From Dendrobates tinctorius (Eukaryota): 64,000 nt of DNA. Position 1 is the stretch's first letter; every line of letters starts with the position of its first letter. The notes below the pieces were generated by a model. The model made no database searches, was not told where the DNA came from, and saw only the letters and a program-made list of their open reading frames with translations. The position numbers and the translations under genes were made by a program. The DNA is taken from the NCBI RefSeq assembly GCF_039654945.1, contig NW_027361806.1, positions 20,956,001-21,020,000 of the forward strand. The letters are read 5' to 3'. Of the stretch, positions 1 to 12,508 are shown piece after piece.

Positions 1-1755
1 AATATTTTCGATTCTGGGATTTCCTAAGGGCGGGAGGTTGCAGCCTACGCTATGGGATGAAGGAGTTAAAAAGAATAAAGGAAGGTTGACTGATGACGGA
101 TTACTTAAAGGCGCTGAGGAATTCCGTGCTTGGCACATGAATTGTATAATGAAGGTTATGTGGACATTGAACAGCAAGTGAATTCTGATTGTTTCTGTTA
201 CTGCTATGTTGAAGAAGGAAAATTGTCTATTATTATGGCAAAGGCGGGATGTATTGTGGTTCAAGAAAGTGACTGTGGTGTGAGAAAGTGATTGATTAAA
301 GAAGACATTAAGATTGATACTAATGTGCTAGGCAGACGAATAGTTAAAAGTGATGATTTGAAAGAAGAGGTCTCCCTGCTAGATGACAATTGTACAAGGA
401 GACTGAGAGTCACAGCCCCCACCTCTGCTGAAGGCACCTATTATCATCCGCTGCCAGCCTTAGTCCCCGTTATTGCTAGTGGTTATGAGTAGCCACCCCT
501 TCCATTTACCAGATCCAGAGGAAAAAAAAAAAGTTTTGAGAAGACTTTAACCCGCTCTGTTCAGCAGAGAGAGAGAGGAAAAAAAAAAGAGCAAACAGCA
601 GCCTCTAGCCCCCACCGCAGCTGCGAGCACACAGTGTGCCCTTCAGCCCACACAGCAAACTCTGGCCCCCCCTCAGACTTCAGAGAGATTGTCATTCCCC
701 TGCTGTTTTAATCGGAGTAGATGGTAGACCCAATTAATATACTTTTATAAACCCTATTTCTGTGGGACCTTTCCCCAAGGTTACTGTTCAGTTTGTAATC
801 TCTCCCACATGTCCAGTAAATTTACTGGGGGGCAGATTCATTATCACAGTTCCGCTCCGGAATACAATTCCAAGATGATGGTCAGATGGCTCTTACGTTA
901 TATAATCAGTATGTAGATGAAGACAGTGAGGAAATCTGTATTTTGCATGCCCTTCCCACAGTTATGATGGCCCTGATAGGCTCAGATCCACCCCCAATAT
1001 TGCCTGAGTATCAATGACTCACCCCATACCTCTCAGAGATACCATCTAAACTCTGGTCAAAAGGGCCAAATGATATAGGGAAAATGCCTGTAGAACCAGT
1101 AAAAGTGTTTCTCAAACCTGGTGCCTAATCCTCATACTATTTTGTCCCAAATACCCCAGGATGCTGCTTGGTTTACAGTTATTGATCTTACCAATGCCTT
1201 CTTTAGCATTCCGTTACACCCAGACTGCCAGTTTCTATTTGCATTCACTTAGCAGGAATGACAGTTAACATGGACAGTTATGCCACAAGGGGCCCAAAAC
1301 AGTCCCAACCAGTTTGAAAAAATATGAGCGAGTGTCTTTTGCCATTTCTGCCACTGTTAGCCTCCTCAAGCATCTGGCAGCTCTGAACTGTTGGGTTTCG
1401 GCCTCGAGACTTCAGTTCTGCCTTGGTCAAGTGATGTTCTTGGGTCACTCTCTCCTTCAGCGTGCCAGACACCTTGCAGAAGAAAGAAAAATAGCTGTCA
1501 GCTCCATTCCTTTCCCGAAAGATGGAACTGAACTCCGTTTTCTTGGACTATGCACTTATTTTTGTCAGTAGATACCGGATGCATCCCGCATAATGCAACC
1601 CCTTTACAACGCCTTGAAAGACGGTATAATGAACTATAAGGGAAGATGGCAGTGATGAGGATTACCTCCAACATGACTGTTCCCAACTTCTGACTGAAGA
1701 AACAGCTACTCCAGCAAATGTCAGTAGTGAGAATCCACTCTCAAATCCTGATCTG

Positions 1756-3000
1756 GTGTTATACACGGATGGTTCAAGATATGCTGACGAGTTTGGTAGA
1801 TTCCACACGGGATACGCTGTCACCACAGAGGACACTGTAGTGCACGCAGCTGCACTCCCACCCCCACAGTCAGCACAAGAAGCAGAACTTCAGACTCTGT
1901 CAACTGCATGTACTTTGGCCAAGAACAGGTGGGCTAATATATACACGGACTCACGGTATGCATTTGGTATTGCTCACGATTTTGGGGCTCTATGGGCCAA
2001 TCGAGGGTTTATTACTACTGCTGGAACCCCAGTGAAAAATGCTGAAGCTGTTAAAACCCTCATGGAATCGATCAAATTACCTACTCAGGTGGCTATTATC
2101 AAAGTTAAGGCGCACGGTCCTAGGAACAGCCCACAGACTGTTGGCAACGCATTTGTGGATATGCAAGCAAAAGCCGCCGCTCTCTTACCCGTTGAACCAA
2201 CTATACCAACTATGGTGACCACACGCTCTCAGCATAAACAGTTACAAGAAGCATTGACCCTACAAGAACCTGATGATCTACAACAGACTGAAGTTTTCTG
2301 TCGGACCCCGCGAGACCGCTTAATGACGATGCAGAAAATGTCTCCAAAGGAAGAGGTGAAGCAATGGAAGACTGATGGGGCACGTATGGATAATGGTCTC
2401 TGGAAAAGGACCAACTTGTGTGTCTCCCTAAGCGGATGTACCCTGCTATTGCTACATGGGCACATGGACCTACACATCGAGGAAAGAATCAGGCCCTCGC
2501 ACTGGTGCAAAAATTCTACTGGGCCCCGGTTCTCCAGTTAGCCGGAAGCATTCCCTGTTACCAACATAACTGCAAAGACCACAGCGAAGAAACTGGTGAT
2601 GGAAGTTATATGCAGATATAGGGTGCCAGAAGTTGTTGAAAGTGATCAAGGTCCGCCTTTTCTTCCCATGTGTACCAAGAAGTTCTGACAATGCTTGCAT
2701 CCACTGTAACCCTCCATACTCCGTACTACCCACAATCCAGTGGGGAAGTTGAGAGGCTGAACGGCACACTGAAGGGACAATTGACCAAAATGATGCAGGA
2801 GACTACGGCTCCATGGCCAGAGCTCCTACCCATTGTACTATACCACATCCGTACTACCCCTATTACAAAATATGGCCTGTCCCCATATGAGATATTGTTT
2901 GGTACTAGGCCCCCAGTTGTAAATTTCCAGCCCCAGCAGTTATCAGAAGAAACTGACCGTGCTGTTCAATATGTTATTCAGCTTAGTAAAAATCTTGCTA
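1756..3000 (+). pseudogene. pol: ERV pol remnant (RNase H plus integrase core), frameshifted and deleted
   Basis: ORFs 1756-2541, 2418-2621 and 2670-3050 carry retroviral RNase H and integrase motifs in different frames. Confidence 0.88.
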
Positions 3001-3001
3001 A

Positions 3002-3481
3002 GGCTAGTTTCACACTAGCGTTTATTTCCTGCAGCGCATGGCTCCACTAAGCCCCGCCCCCTCCCAGCTCCCTGCCCGCCCCATCCGGTCATCGCCGCCT
3101 ACTAGCGCACATGGGCGCTTGCGATCTGCGCACCCTATCTTTAGCATAGGGTGCGCAGATCGTGCACTGGCCGTGCGCTAGCAGGATTTTGCCGTGCGCT
3201 GCGCACTTTTGAAGGTGCGCCCGTGTGCGCCGAATGCAGCATGCTGCATTTTGGTGCGCTCGGTGCACCTTCAAAAGTGCGCAGCACACGGCAAAATCCT
3301 GCTAGCGTACGGCCAGCGCACGATCTGCGCACCCTATGCTAAAGATAGGGTGCGCAGATCGCAAGCGCCCATGTGCGCTAGTAGGCGGCGATGACTGGAT
3401 GGGGCGGGCAGGGAGCCGGGAGGGGGCGTGGCTTAGCGGCGCCGTGCACTGCAGGAAATAAAGGCTAGTGTGAAACTAGCC
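3002..3481. mobile_element. Fully palindromic (fold-back) PIF/Harbinger-like MITE inserted in the ERV integrase
   Basis: Termini GGCTAGTTTCACACTAGC / GCTAGTGTGAAACTAGCC, flanked by TAA and TTA. The whole 480 bp is an imperfect inverted repeat centred on GCAGCATGCTGC (~3241). Confidence 0.88.
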
Positions 3482-3917
3482 TTACACCCATGCTCTAGTT
3501 TCTTCTCTTCCAGATTCAGCAGAAACTGACACCTGTCATAACCTGAAGCCTGGTGATTTGGTAGTCATGAAAAGGCATGTCAGGAAGCACAGACTAGAAC
3601 CCTTGAAATTCTACACTAAGCCAGCTAATGATGATACCAAAGGTGTCGTTGCCCCTGCTCTTCTCTGCACCGATCTTAAAAGGCTACTTGATGAAGATGT
3701 TGAAGCAAAGCGCATGGCTACTTACAAAAGATCCCCACCACCGTCATCAAAAATTGTTATTCATGAACTTCAGTATACAGGGGGGATGGGTGCGCCACGA
3801 CAGCCATGACTGGTAATACGGCATCAGTCATGTGAAGACCAGTACCCCTAAAGCTGTTAGCTTGGGATAGCACCTCTGATGCTGCATATGTGTTAACAAA
3901 ATTTATCTAGGGGGGAA

Positions 3918-4396
3918 TGTGAAGGGTTAATACTAAAATCAGAGCTGAAGTTTCGTTTTGTCCATTCTCTGAAGGTTTTGTTTCTTCATTTTTGTTGCTG
4001 TAAGATAAATTTTTGTAATTGGCAAGGGCTGTCATGAAACCAGACTGTTCCCATCAGGTGCAAGATAAGGGAGGCGGGGGTGTAAAACTCTGAAGAATAT
4101 GCCACTATACTACTTTCTATGACGGACATATATGTAGTTTCCGGTTTTCTTGCAATATTATTGGCTTACAAAGTGAAATGGTTTTATTGGTAGTTGAGAA
4201 CTTTGCATAATTAAGCAAAAGATTATAAAAGATGTGACTAAAATAAAGGGGCTTATTGATCTGCCTCGATCCTCCCGTACAGAGACCCCCGTCTCCGTGT
4301 GGTCATGTGAGTTGCTAGCAACACTGGAATAATTTGGAAATCACTGGCTCAACTGTGAAGGGTTAATTTAGCCCTCCCTAAATAGCTACCTCGACA
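3918..4396 (+). repeat. 3' LTR of the ERV
   Basis: Purine tract AGGGGGGAA (3909-3917) directly before TGTGAAGG. Ends in CCTCGACA, an imperfect terminal inverted repeat. Internal TATAAAA (~4224) and AATAAA (~4242). Confidence 0.7.
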
Positions 4397-4448
4397 GGTT
4401 GACTAAAAGGATCGGCGATCGATATATGTAAGAAAATGGGGGTCCCAC

Positions 4449-5141
4449 TGTCATGGTTTATTTAGAATGCTGGGCAGGTGGTGTAGGAGTTAATGGGGAG
4501 AGCCTCTCTTTGGGTCTGGGGAGGGTTTTTATAGCTTCAGGGGAGTGCAGTCCCCTGTCGTTTATACTCCTAGTTGAGTGTGCCTGACCCTGTGCTGCCT
4601 GTGCTTCGTGCCAATCCTTGTCTGCCTGGTGTTTGATTCGGTCCCACCTTCGTTTACGTCTCCTGCCTGCTGATTTTGTGCTTTGCTTAAACTATTGTCC
4701 TGTGTATGACCCCGGGCTACGTTTCTGACCCTTCTCGAGCATACCCCTCCTGTACCGCGCTGCCCGTTCTGTGTATGACCCTTGGCTACGCTGATTGACC
4801 TGCCTCTGTACTTCCCTCCTGTACCTTGCCACCCGCCCTGTGTATGACCCGATTGCATGCTTCACTACTGTAATTCTCTGTGCCACAGCATTCCCTGTAC
4901 AGCTGGTAGCGTCCCGGGAGCTTGTCCGCGGCTCCGCCCACTCCCTCTGACGTGCGGTCACGTGACCACAAGTCCTGCGACCTCTGGGAGTCGCAACACT
5001 GCTCCGCCCTCCCCGCAGGTCCTAAAGCCAAGTTTCTGTTGCCAGCGCTGCAGACTCTCACCGCGGTGAGTAAACACTCTGCTGCCTGTTAATCAGCCCT
5101 GGTTCTCCGAGTTACAGCGCTAGCTAGCTGTCACTCTGACA
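4449..5141. mobile_element. Solo LTR (693 bp) of an LTR retrotransposon
   Basis: TGTCA...TGACA termini with an exact 5-bp TSD CCCAC (4444-4448 and 5142-5146). Contains short internal TGTGTATGACCC repeats. Confidence 0.8.
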
Positions 5142-5641
5142 CCCACTGCCTGGACTCACATCAATCTGAACAAAGTGAGTCTGAAGAAAGTGGGTCCCAG
5201 TACCCCATTTGAATGGGGTGATGGTCACACATGAGCACAACCGTTTTGTCAGAGATAGCTTTGCACTTTTCTCCTTGTTGGTCCCATACAGTAGAATGGA
5301 GCAGTAGTGACCACAGGGCCAATCTCATAGATTGGTGGGATCTTAGCAGTAAGAGCCAAACAATCATATAATTATCACTGCTACTGTGAGTAAGCCATAT
5401 GTGTTGTTTATGGGTCAAGCCCTCCTCACCATAGATAGTACTGTTATTTTGGAGAGAGGTCTTTTGGGTGGATAATGGTGAGACCTCCACTTCCACATCC
5501 CTTAAAGTTATGTAATTTTTGGCCTAATTTACAATAACCACTGTGCTACCCTTCCTTGGTCTTGGGCGATCAGTCAACATTCATGGCAGCACTGACACCA
5601 TTGTTTCACTGTGGGTCAAGCAGATGGGTATGGAGCATTAC

Positions 5642-6350
5642 CTGTGTTCCTGGATGCACTTTGTAAATTCCTTTTGCCTTTCATGGTCTTCTTTCAAAGC
5701 TTGCACTTGTCCGATCTTCTCCTTCATCTCCTCCTGGCTTCTGATCATCCGGTCATGTTTGATCAAAGTCTTGGTGACAGACAAGTGGTGGAGATTAAAC
5801 TCTGTAGCCAGCAGATGTTCCGACCTCTTTGCCTCTTTTTGCTTACAGAATTGTCTGTGTCTATATTTGACTTTGTCCATGAAGTTCGAATTGTCCGAGA
5901 TGTTGTCTTGTGCTTGCTGCTGTATGGTCAGAGAATCCATCGCATGCTGCTCTATGGCCTCTTTAATTTTGTTTCCCAGAAACTCTCCAATGTTATATTT
6001 GGCTCGTTTTCTGTCGTCGTGCATCTTCATCACCAGATTCCTGTTGTTTATGAGACTGTCATATTTCTCCCGATTTTCATAAGCCTTGTCTACGGCACAC
6101 AAGGGTAACAGTTTCATTAAGTGTTTGCCGTTTGCTGAGCGTCTCGTACAAGGCCGATCTTTTATTAGCTTTGCCGCATCTCTCTTGGCCTCTATAGCAG
6201 AGTGGATCTGTTGAATGAAGAGGCGGATGTCCTCTGCTGACTTTTCGTTGGATATCGTGACATCTTTTGATGCGTCGGATGCGTAAAAAATGACTTTTCT
6301 TCCAAAAACACCAAATTCTGTATCACTTTTTTGGTCAGGTTCTAGGGTGC
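5642..6350 (-). CDS. lrriq3: LRRIQ3 large coiled-coil exon (709 nt, phase 1 to phase 2)
   Basis: Lies within ORF 5638-6423. Acceptor tttctatctcgttag|GC and donor CACAG|gtaatg. Charged coiled-coil-like translation; phase matches the 7586-7715 exon. Confidence 0.85.
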
Positions 6351-6493
6351 CTAACGAGATAGAAAAGTTTTGAGTGTGAATATTTTTGCGACAGTCCATT
6401 AAAAAAAGATTCTTCACACCCACTAATCTTTACAAATGTTCTACCAATTATTCATCAAAGTCCATAAAATAAAGTATCAGAAAAAGAATTCAA

Positions 6494-6840
6494 AGGGATA
6501 TTTCCGACATTAAAAGTCATCACCCATCTAAAGAATATGTGAAAACTTGTGGATCAGAACAAGTCCGACTATGGGAACCCCTAGCCACCTCAAAAACAGG
6601 TCTCTGAAATGACCCAAAGGAAGGTGTGGTGGCCATTGATGACTAATCCATTATATCTCTCATGGCCTGCCAAAGAACGAGAGTGCAGAGCCAATGTGTG
6701 ACCATCGATCCTTTCTAAAGGGGTATTTCAGAGCCATGTTCTCAAATAACAAGGGTCCCAGTGTTCAGACCCCCACTGATCTGCAAATTATCAACTAATA
6801 CTTGAGACAGGTGATGACTTTAAATGTTGGGAATAACCCT
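6494..6840. mobile_element. Old TTAA-type (T2/Kolobok-like) MITE
   Basis: Degenerate TIRs AGGGATATTTCCGACATTAAAAGTCATCACC / GGTGATGACTTTAAATGTTGGGAATAACCCT. Confidence 0.55.
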
Positions 6841-7585
6841 TTAGCTAAAGATATAGTTGTTTAGTCCAATTATTCAAAAATTCTAACAATCCACTGCTTG
6901 ATCCTTGCTCGAAACTTTAGGTTTGTAATCTTTTAAGTTGGAAAAAAAGGCAATATGCCAATTAACGGGTCTCTTGATTAAAATTAAAATTAGAATTTTA
7001 AAACACAATCTAAATAGACCCAAAGTGGTGGGAAAAAAATTGTGATTCACTTACCGGATCAGCACTGCGCCTCCTTACATCACACTGTATCCCGTGCAAG
7101 ACTCCTGACTTCTTCCTGATGGGGTGGATGTTATGTGACCACTGCAGCCAATCAGTGGCTGCTAATTAGTGATCAGAGCTGCTGACTGGCTGCAGCGTCC
7201 TTTGTCCCTTCCCCTCCAAAAATAGGGGAGCTGGTGGGGGACACAGTGCAGAGCACTGAGGAGCAGCGCAAGTTTACCGTATGTGATCATATGTACACAC
7301 CCTAGTTTTTCAATGGATCCAGCGAGCCCTCTTTAGAGCCCTTGGTAGGTGGGGGCTCTTTAACATACTTTTAATTGGAGCCCAGGTAAAATCTCTGTTA
7401 ATTATCATTCCCAAATAATTTCTGCACATCAATCATTTTATACAAAATTCCAGCCCACGAATAGTGAAGAAATTATCAACATAGCATTTAATAAGGTTGT
7501 ACTGATTCCGCCTACTGGCCACACACGGAGGTGCAGGTTTTTTCGGTCGGGTAATCAGTCAGTAAAAGAGAAGAGAAGCACTAAC

Positions 7586-7715
7586 CTTGGTCTCTGCGTG
7601 TAGAAACTGCAAATTTGACATCTTTTCCTCCATGTGACCCCTCTGATATAGGAGGAAGTGGCAGTGGCTGATTTTGCTTCCCCAGATCATAAACAATTTC
7701 TGCTTCGGGCAAAGC
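7586..7715 (-). CDS. lrriq3: LRRIQ3 internal exon (130 nt; ALPEAEIVYDLGKQ...STRRDQ)
   Basis: Splice sites gagcag|GCT...CAAG|gttagt. Open frame, phase 0 to phase 1, which is exactly what is needed to join the 6350 acceptor. Confidence 0.75.
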
Positions 7716-8027
7716 CTGCTCATAAAAGTGACACTCGGCTTCAATTGTGGAAACATGACGTTAAACAGTCTTATCTGATACAATAGATGTTCGGCTTCAT
7801 TAATGTCACATTGTTTAAACCCATCATGACTTACACAAGGTTTAGTTACAAGGACACAAGTCCAATGCCCAGAGCGAGATTAATCTGTTTAATGAGCCAC
7901 CGGCATTAACATCGGGAGAGAGCAACATACTGATGAGCAAAAGTACAAAAGAAACCACAAACTATAGTTGATCACATTTACACAACAGTGATATACTTAT
8001 CCTTCACTGATCATAAATAGCATCTCA

Positions 8028-9565
8028 AGAGCTGCACTCACTATTCTGCTGGTGCAGTCACTGTGTACATACATTACATTACTGATCCTGAGTTACACCC
8101 TGTATTATACTCCAGAGCTGCACTCACTATTCTGCTGGTGCAGTCACTGTGTACAGACATTACTGATCCTGAGTTACACCCTGTATTATACTCCAGAGCT
8201 GCACTCACTATTCTGCTGGTGCAGTCACTGTGTACATACATTACATTACTGATCCTGGGTTACACCCTGTATTATACTCCAGAGCTGCACTCACTATTCT
8301 GCTGGTGCAGTCACTGTGTACAGACATTACTGATCCTGGGTTACACCCTGTATTATACTCCAGAGCTGCACTCACTATTCTGCTGGTGCAGTCACTGTGT
8401 ACATACATTACATTACTGATCCTGAATTACATCCTGTATTATACTCCAGAGCTGCACTCACTAGTCTGCTGGTGCAGTCACTGTGTACATACATTACATT
8501 ACTGATCCTGAATTACATCCTGTATTATACTCCAGAGCTGCACTCACTAGTCTGCTGGTGCAGTCACTGTGTACATACATTACTGATCCTGAGTTACACC
8601 CTGTATTATACTCCAGAGCTGCACTCACTATTCTGCTGGTGCAGTCACTGTGTACATACATTACATTACTGATCCTGAGTTACATCCTGTATTATACTCC
8701 AGAGCTGCACTCACTATTCTGCTGGTGCAGTCACTGTGTACATACATTACATTACTGATGCTGGGTTACACCCTGTATTATACTCCAGAGCTGCACTCAC
8801 TATTCTGCTGGTGCAGTCACTGTGTACAGACATTACTGATCCTGAGTTACACCCTGTATTATACACCAGAGCTGCACTCACTATTCTGCTGGTGCAGTCA
8901 CTGTTTACATACATTACATTACTGATCCTGAATTACATCCTGTATTATACTCCAGAGCTGCACTCACTAGTCTGCTGGTGCAGTCACTGTGTACATACAT
9001 TACTGATCCTGAGTTACACCCTGTATTATACTCCAGAGCTGCACTCACTATTCTGCTGGTGCAGTCACTGTGTACATACATTACATTACTGATCCTGAGT
9101 TACATCCTGTATTATACTCCAGAGCTGCACTCACTATTCTGCTGGTGCAGTCACTGTGTACATACATTACATTACTGATCCTGAGTTACATCCTGTATTA
9201 TACCCCAGAGCTGCACTCACTATTCTGCTGGTGCAGTCACTGTGTACATACATTACATTACTGATCCTGAATTACATCCTGTATTATACTCCAGAGCTGC
9301 ACTCACTATTCTGCTGGTGCAGTCACTGTGTACATAAATTACATTACTGATCCTGAGTTACATCCTGTATTATACCCCAGAGCTGCACTCACTATTCTGC
9401 TGGTGCAGTCACTGTGTACATACATTACATTACTGATCCTGAATTACATCCTGTATTATACCCCAGAGCTGCACTCACTATTCTGCTGGTGCAGTCACTG
9501 TGTACATACATTACATTACTGATCCTGAGTTACATCCTGCATTATACTCCAGAGCTGCACTCACT
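8028..9565. repeat. 86-bp tandem satellite, array 1 (about 18 units, some 81-bp variants)
   Basis: Unit CCAGAGCTGCACTCACTATTCTGCTGGTGCAGTCACTGTGTACATACATTACATTACTGATCCTGAGTTACATCCTGTATTATACT. Confidence 0.97.
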
Positions 9566-9579
9566 GTGCTGCCCGTTCC

Positions 9580-10600
9580 ATCCTAGGCCCCCTCCTTTTC
9601 TCCTTATACACTGTCCCTATTGGACAAATCATCAGTAGATTCACTTTCCAGTACCATCTTTATGCTGATGACACCAATTACACACATCGTCTCCTGACAT
9701 CACGCCTGCATTATGACAAAACACCAATGATTATCTTTCCGCTGTTTCTGACATCATGTCCTTCCTCAGAAATTTAATCTGTCAAAAACTGAACTCCTCG
9801 TGTTTCCTCCCTCCAGTAACCTACCTATGCCCAATATTGACATTTCCGTGTGTGGTTCAAGCAACCTGTTTTGAGGTTATATTTGACTCAGATGTTTCCC
9901 TCAACCCCCACATTCGTTGACTCGCTCACTCACTTGCTCATGTCACCTACACCTCAAAAATGTCTCTAGAATTCAATCTTTTCTCACCTTTACTCGGCAG
10001 AATCTCTTACTGTCGCTCTTATTTTTTCTCGTCTGAACTATTGTAACTCTCTACTGATCAGTCTTCCTCATTCTAAACTCTCCCTTCTCCAATCCATCCT
10101 GAATGTGGCAGCAATATTCCTTTCCAACCACTACACCGATGCCTCTACCCTGTACCAGTCTTTGTACTGGTTACCCATACACTACAGCAGTGTTCCCCAA
10201 CTCCAGTTCTCAGGAGCCACCAATCAGTAATCCAAACCTACCACTCCTGTCTCCAAGACTTCTCTCGAGATGCACCAATTCTCTAGAATGCACTACCCAG
10301 GACAATTCGATTAATTCCCAGTACCCACAGTTTTAAGGTGGCATAAAAACGCATTTCTTTAGACTGGTCTATCATCTTACCTCACTTGTCTAACTATCCC
10401 TGTTTCACCCATATAAAATTTTCTTTAAAATCAGGACCCTCGTATCATCTTTCACACGCTCTGCATGCACTTAATAGCCCTCTGTGTCTGCACTGTACAC
10501 ATACTGGGTTGTGATCTGTTCTTGCAGCATTATGTCAACCCTCTATTTACTATATTGATGGCCCGACTGTGCAATTCAAGCACTTTTTAGTGGTGCCAGC
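9580..10600 (+). mobile_element. 5'-truncated, decayed L2-clade LINE
   Basis: Translates to [28 protein letters not shown]..., followed by L2-type KTELLVF and SRLNYCNSLL remnants; many frameshifts. Confidence 0.8.
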
Positions 10601-10935
10601 AGGATGGGGGCACATATACCAGGATGGGGGCATATATACAAGGATGGGGGCACATATACCAGGATGGGGGCATATGTCAGGATGGGGGCACATATACCAG
10701 GATGGGGGAGCATATACATGAACGGAGGGAGGAGCATATTCAAGGATGGGGCATTTGCATGGATATACAAGGATGGGGGAGCATATACATGGAATGGAAG
10801 AGCATATACTAGGATGGGGGAGCATATATATGGAATGGAGGAGAATATACATGGATTGGGGAACGTATACAAGGATGCGTGAGCATATACATGGAGTGGG
10901 GGAGCATATACATGGAATGGGGGAGCATATACTGC
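10600..10935. repeat. ~20-bp minisatellite (CAGGATGGGGGCACATATAC)
   Basis: Direct tandem copies that degenerate towards the right. Confidence 0.9.
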
Positions 10936-12508
10936 CACATGATGCCTATTCTTTGGCCGCCTATATCTTATATTGAACGAGTCCATTCATTCCCTTCCCC
11001 TGTAAAAATAAATGCTTTTAATGTACAGGACATTTATCTGTTTCCATGTCAATATTTAGACAGATGGCGCACACCCAAGGAAGGGGGAGCAGTTACGGGA
11101 GATCATTTCCAGATATGCAGAAGTCGGCATTAATTTCTCCGATTTACTGTACAATGTAGAATTTATGACTCCTACTCTCATCATCATTTTATTGTTTATA
11201 GATTCTGCGCCACCAAGCAGAATGAGTATTTAACGCTAAGCTGATAAATCCAAGAAGCTAAAATAGCTTTTTTACAATGAATTCCGTATGCTCATTGCTG
11301 GAGAAATGGTGTACCCGCTGCCAGAATGAAAAACTCTGGAAAATACATATCTAGTAATGAATAGTCATTAAAGGGTTATTCCCAGAAAATAACATAATCC
11401 CCATCAACAGGATAGGTAAAAACGTACTGATTGCTGAAGGTCCATATCCCACAATAGCAAAAACGGGGCTCCGAATCCAAGGACCGGAGCTCTGCAGAGG
11501 AGCCCATGATCTACCTCCGCTCCATTCATTGTCTATGAGACTGCCTCAGAGTAGAGCTCCCCACAATTTCCGATGTCTTATATAGAGTGAGTGGAGTGGA
11601 GGTACTCAGACTAAATCCACTCCATTCAGAATTTTTGCAGTGCCTTGTTTTCATGATTACAGCCATTGGACCTCCAATGATCAGCATGTTATTCCATCTT
11701 TAGGATTATTGATAACGTTCATTTTTTGGGAATGTGCCGAAAATCTGCAGCAACAGTAGCAAGAGATACATGCAGATTTGTAGCGGATTTTCTGGCAGAT
11801 TTCCAACAGATTGCAAAGAATGGAACTCACAGGTAAACTGACAGCAGCACAGCCCTGTAGCTGGTACTGTTAAGGGTCGGTTCACAGCGACTCTCCGCAC
11901 GTGGGTTTTCAAGCGGATACACTTCAAAATCCACATCAAAAAGTATTCAAAGAGCATTTGAAGCCGTTTTTGATGTTAATTCTGGGGCAAATCTGCTTCA
12001 AATTCCATGCAGAGAATATTAGTATGAACACACCCTGAGGCTCCATATACACAGCCGTGTTACCATCTGATAGAAATGGACCAATTGTCTTTCTCAGGTA
12101 TTGTCCTAGTTGCATCAGTTTTTTCTCTCCGCCCTTTTGCTCTCTGAAGCTGTAAACTGTCTGAACTCTTTTTATTCACTGACTCCTAACAATGTATCTG
12201 TTAAAAACGGATGAAACTAGGATGGAAAAGAGGAGTACAAGGTCCCCAAAAGCGTTAATGTCCGAGTCTGATGAGAACAGGACCTGCTCGGAGCCTCACG
12301 GGCCGGAGACACAAATCCGTTTTTAAAGCTTATCTGTGAACGGTTCAATTAAATTCTATTGTTCCATGTGCTGAAAAAAATGTACAGCGTAACGCCACGT
12401 CGCAAGGATGTGTGACCGCAGGCTGGTACTCTGTGGATTTTCTTGCGGGAAGATGGAAAATTAAAGCCACATCAAAAAAGTATGCAGACAGCATTTGCAG
12501 TGGTTCAA

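Larger units (their letters stand above)
1..4396 (+). mobile_element. Degenerate, internally deleted endogenous retrovirus (class I, gamma/epsilon-like); 5' part lies outside the window
   Basis: Protease-like FVISPTCPVNLLG (~790-835). RT fragment WFTVIDLTNAFFSIPLHPDCQFLFAFT*...MPQGAQNSP (~1165-1310) with stops and no YxDD segment. RNase H LYTDGS..SAQEAEL..NIYTDSRYAFG (ORF 1756-2541). Integrase HGPTHRG and PQSSGEVERLNGTLK (2418-3000), with its C-terminus resuming after the MITE at 3482. Polypurine tract and LTR at the 3' end. Confidence 0.9.

Noticed and set aside
5161-5496. ORF as the terminal lrriq3 exon
   Set aside because: No convincing phase-2 acceptor and no coiled-coil character; the last exon is more likely outside the window.
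5543-6108. Plus-strand 179- and 165-aa ORFs
   Set aside because: Antisense shadows of the large lrriq3 exon.
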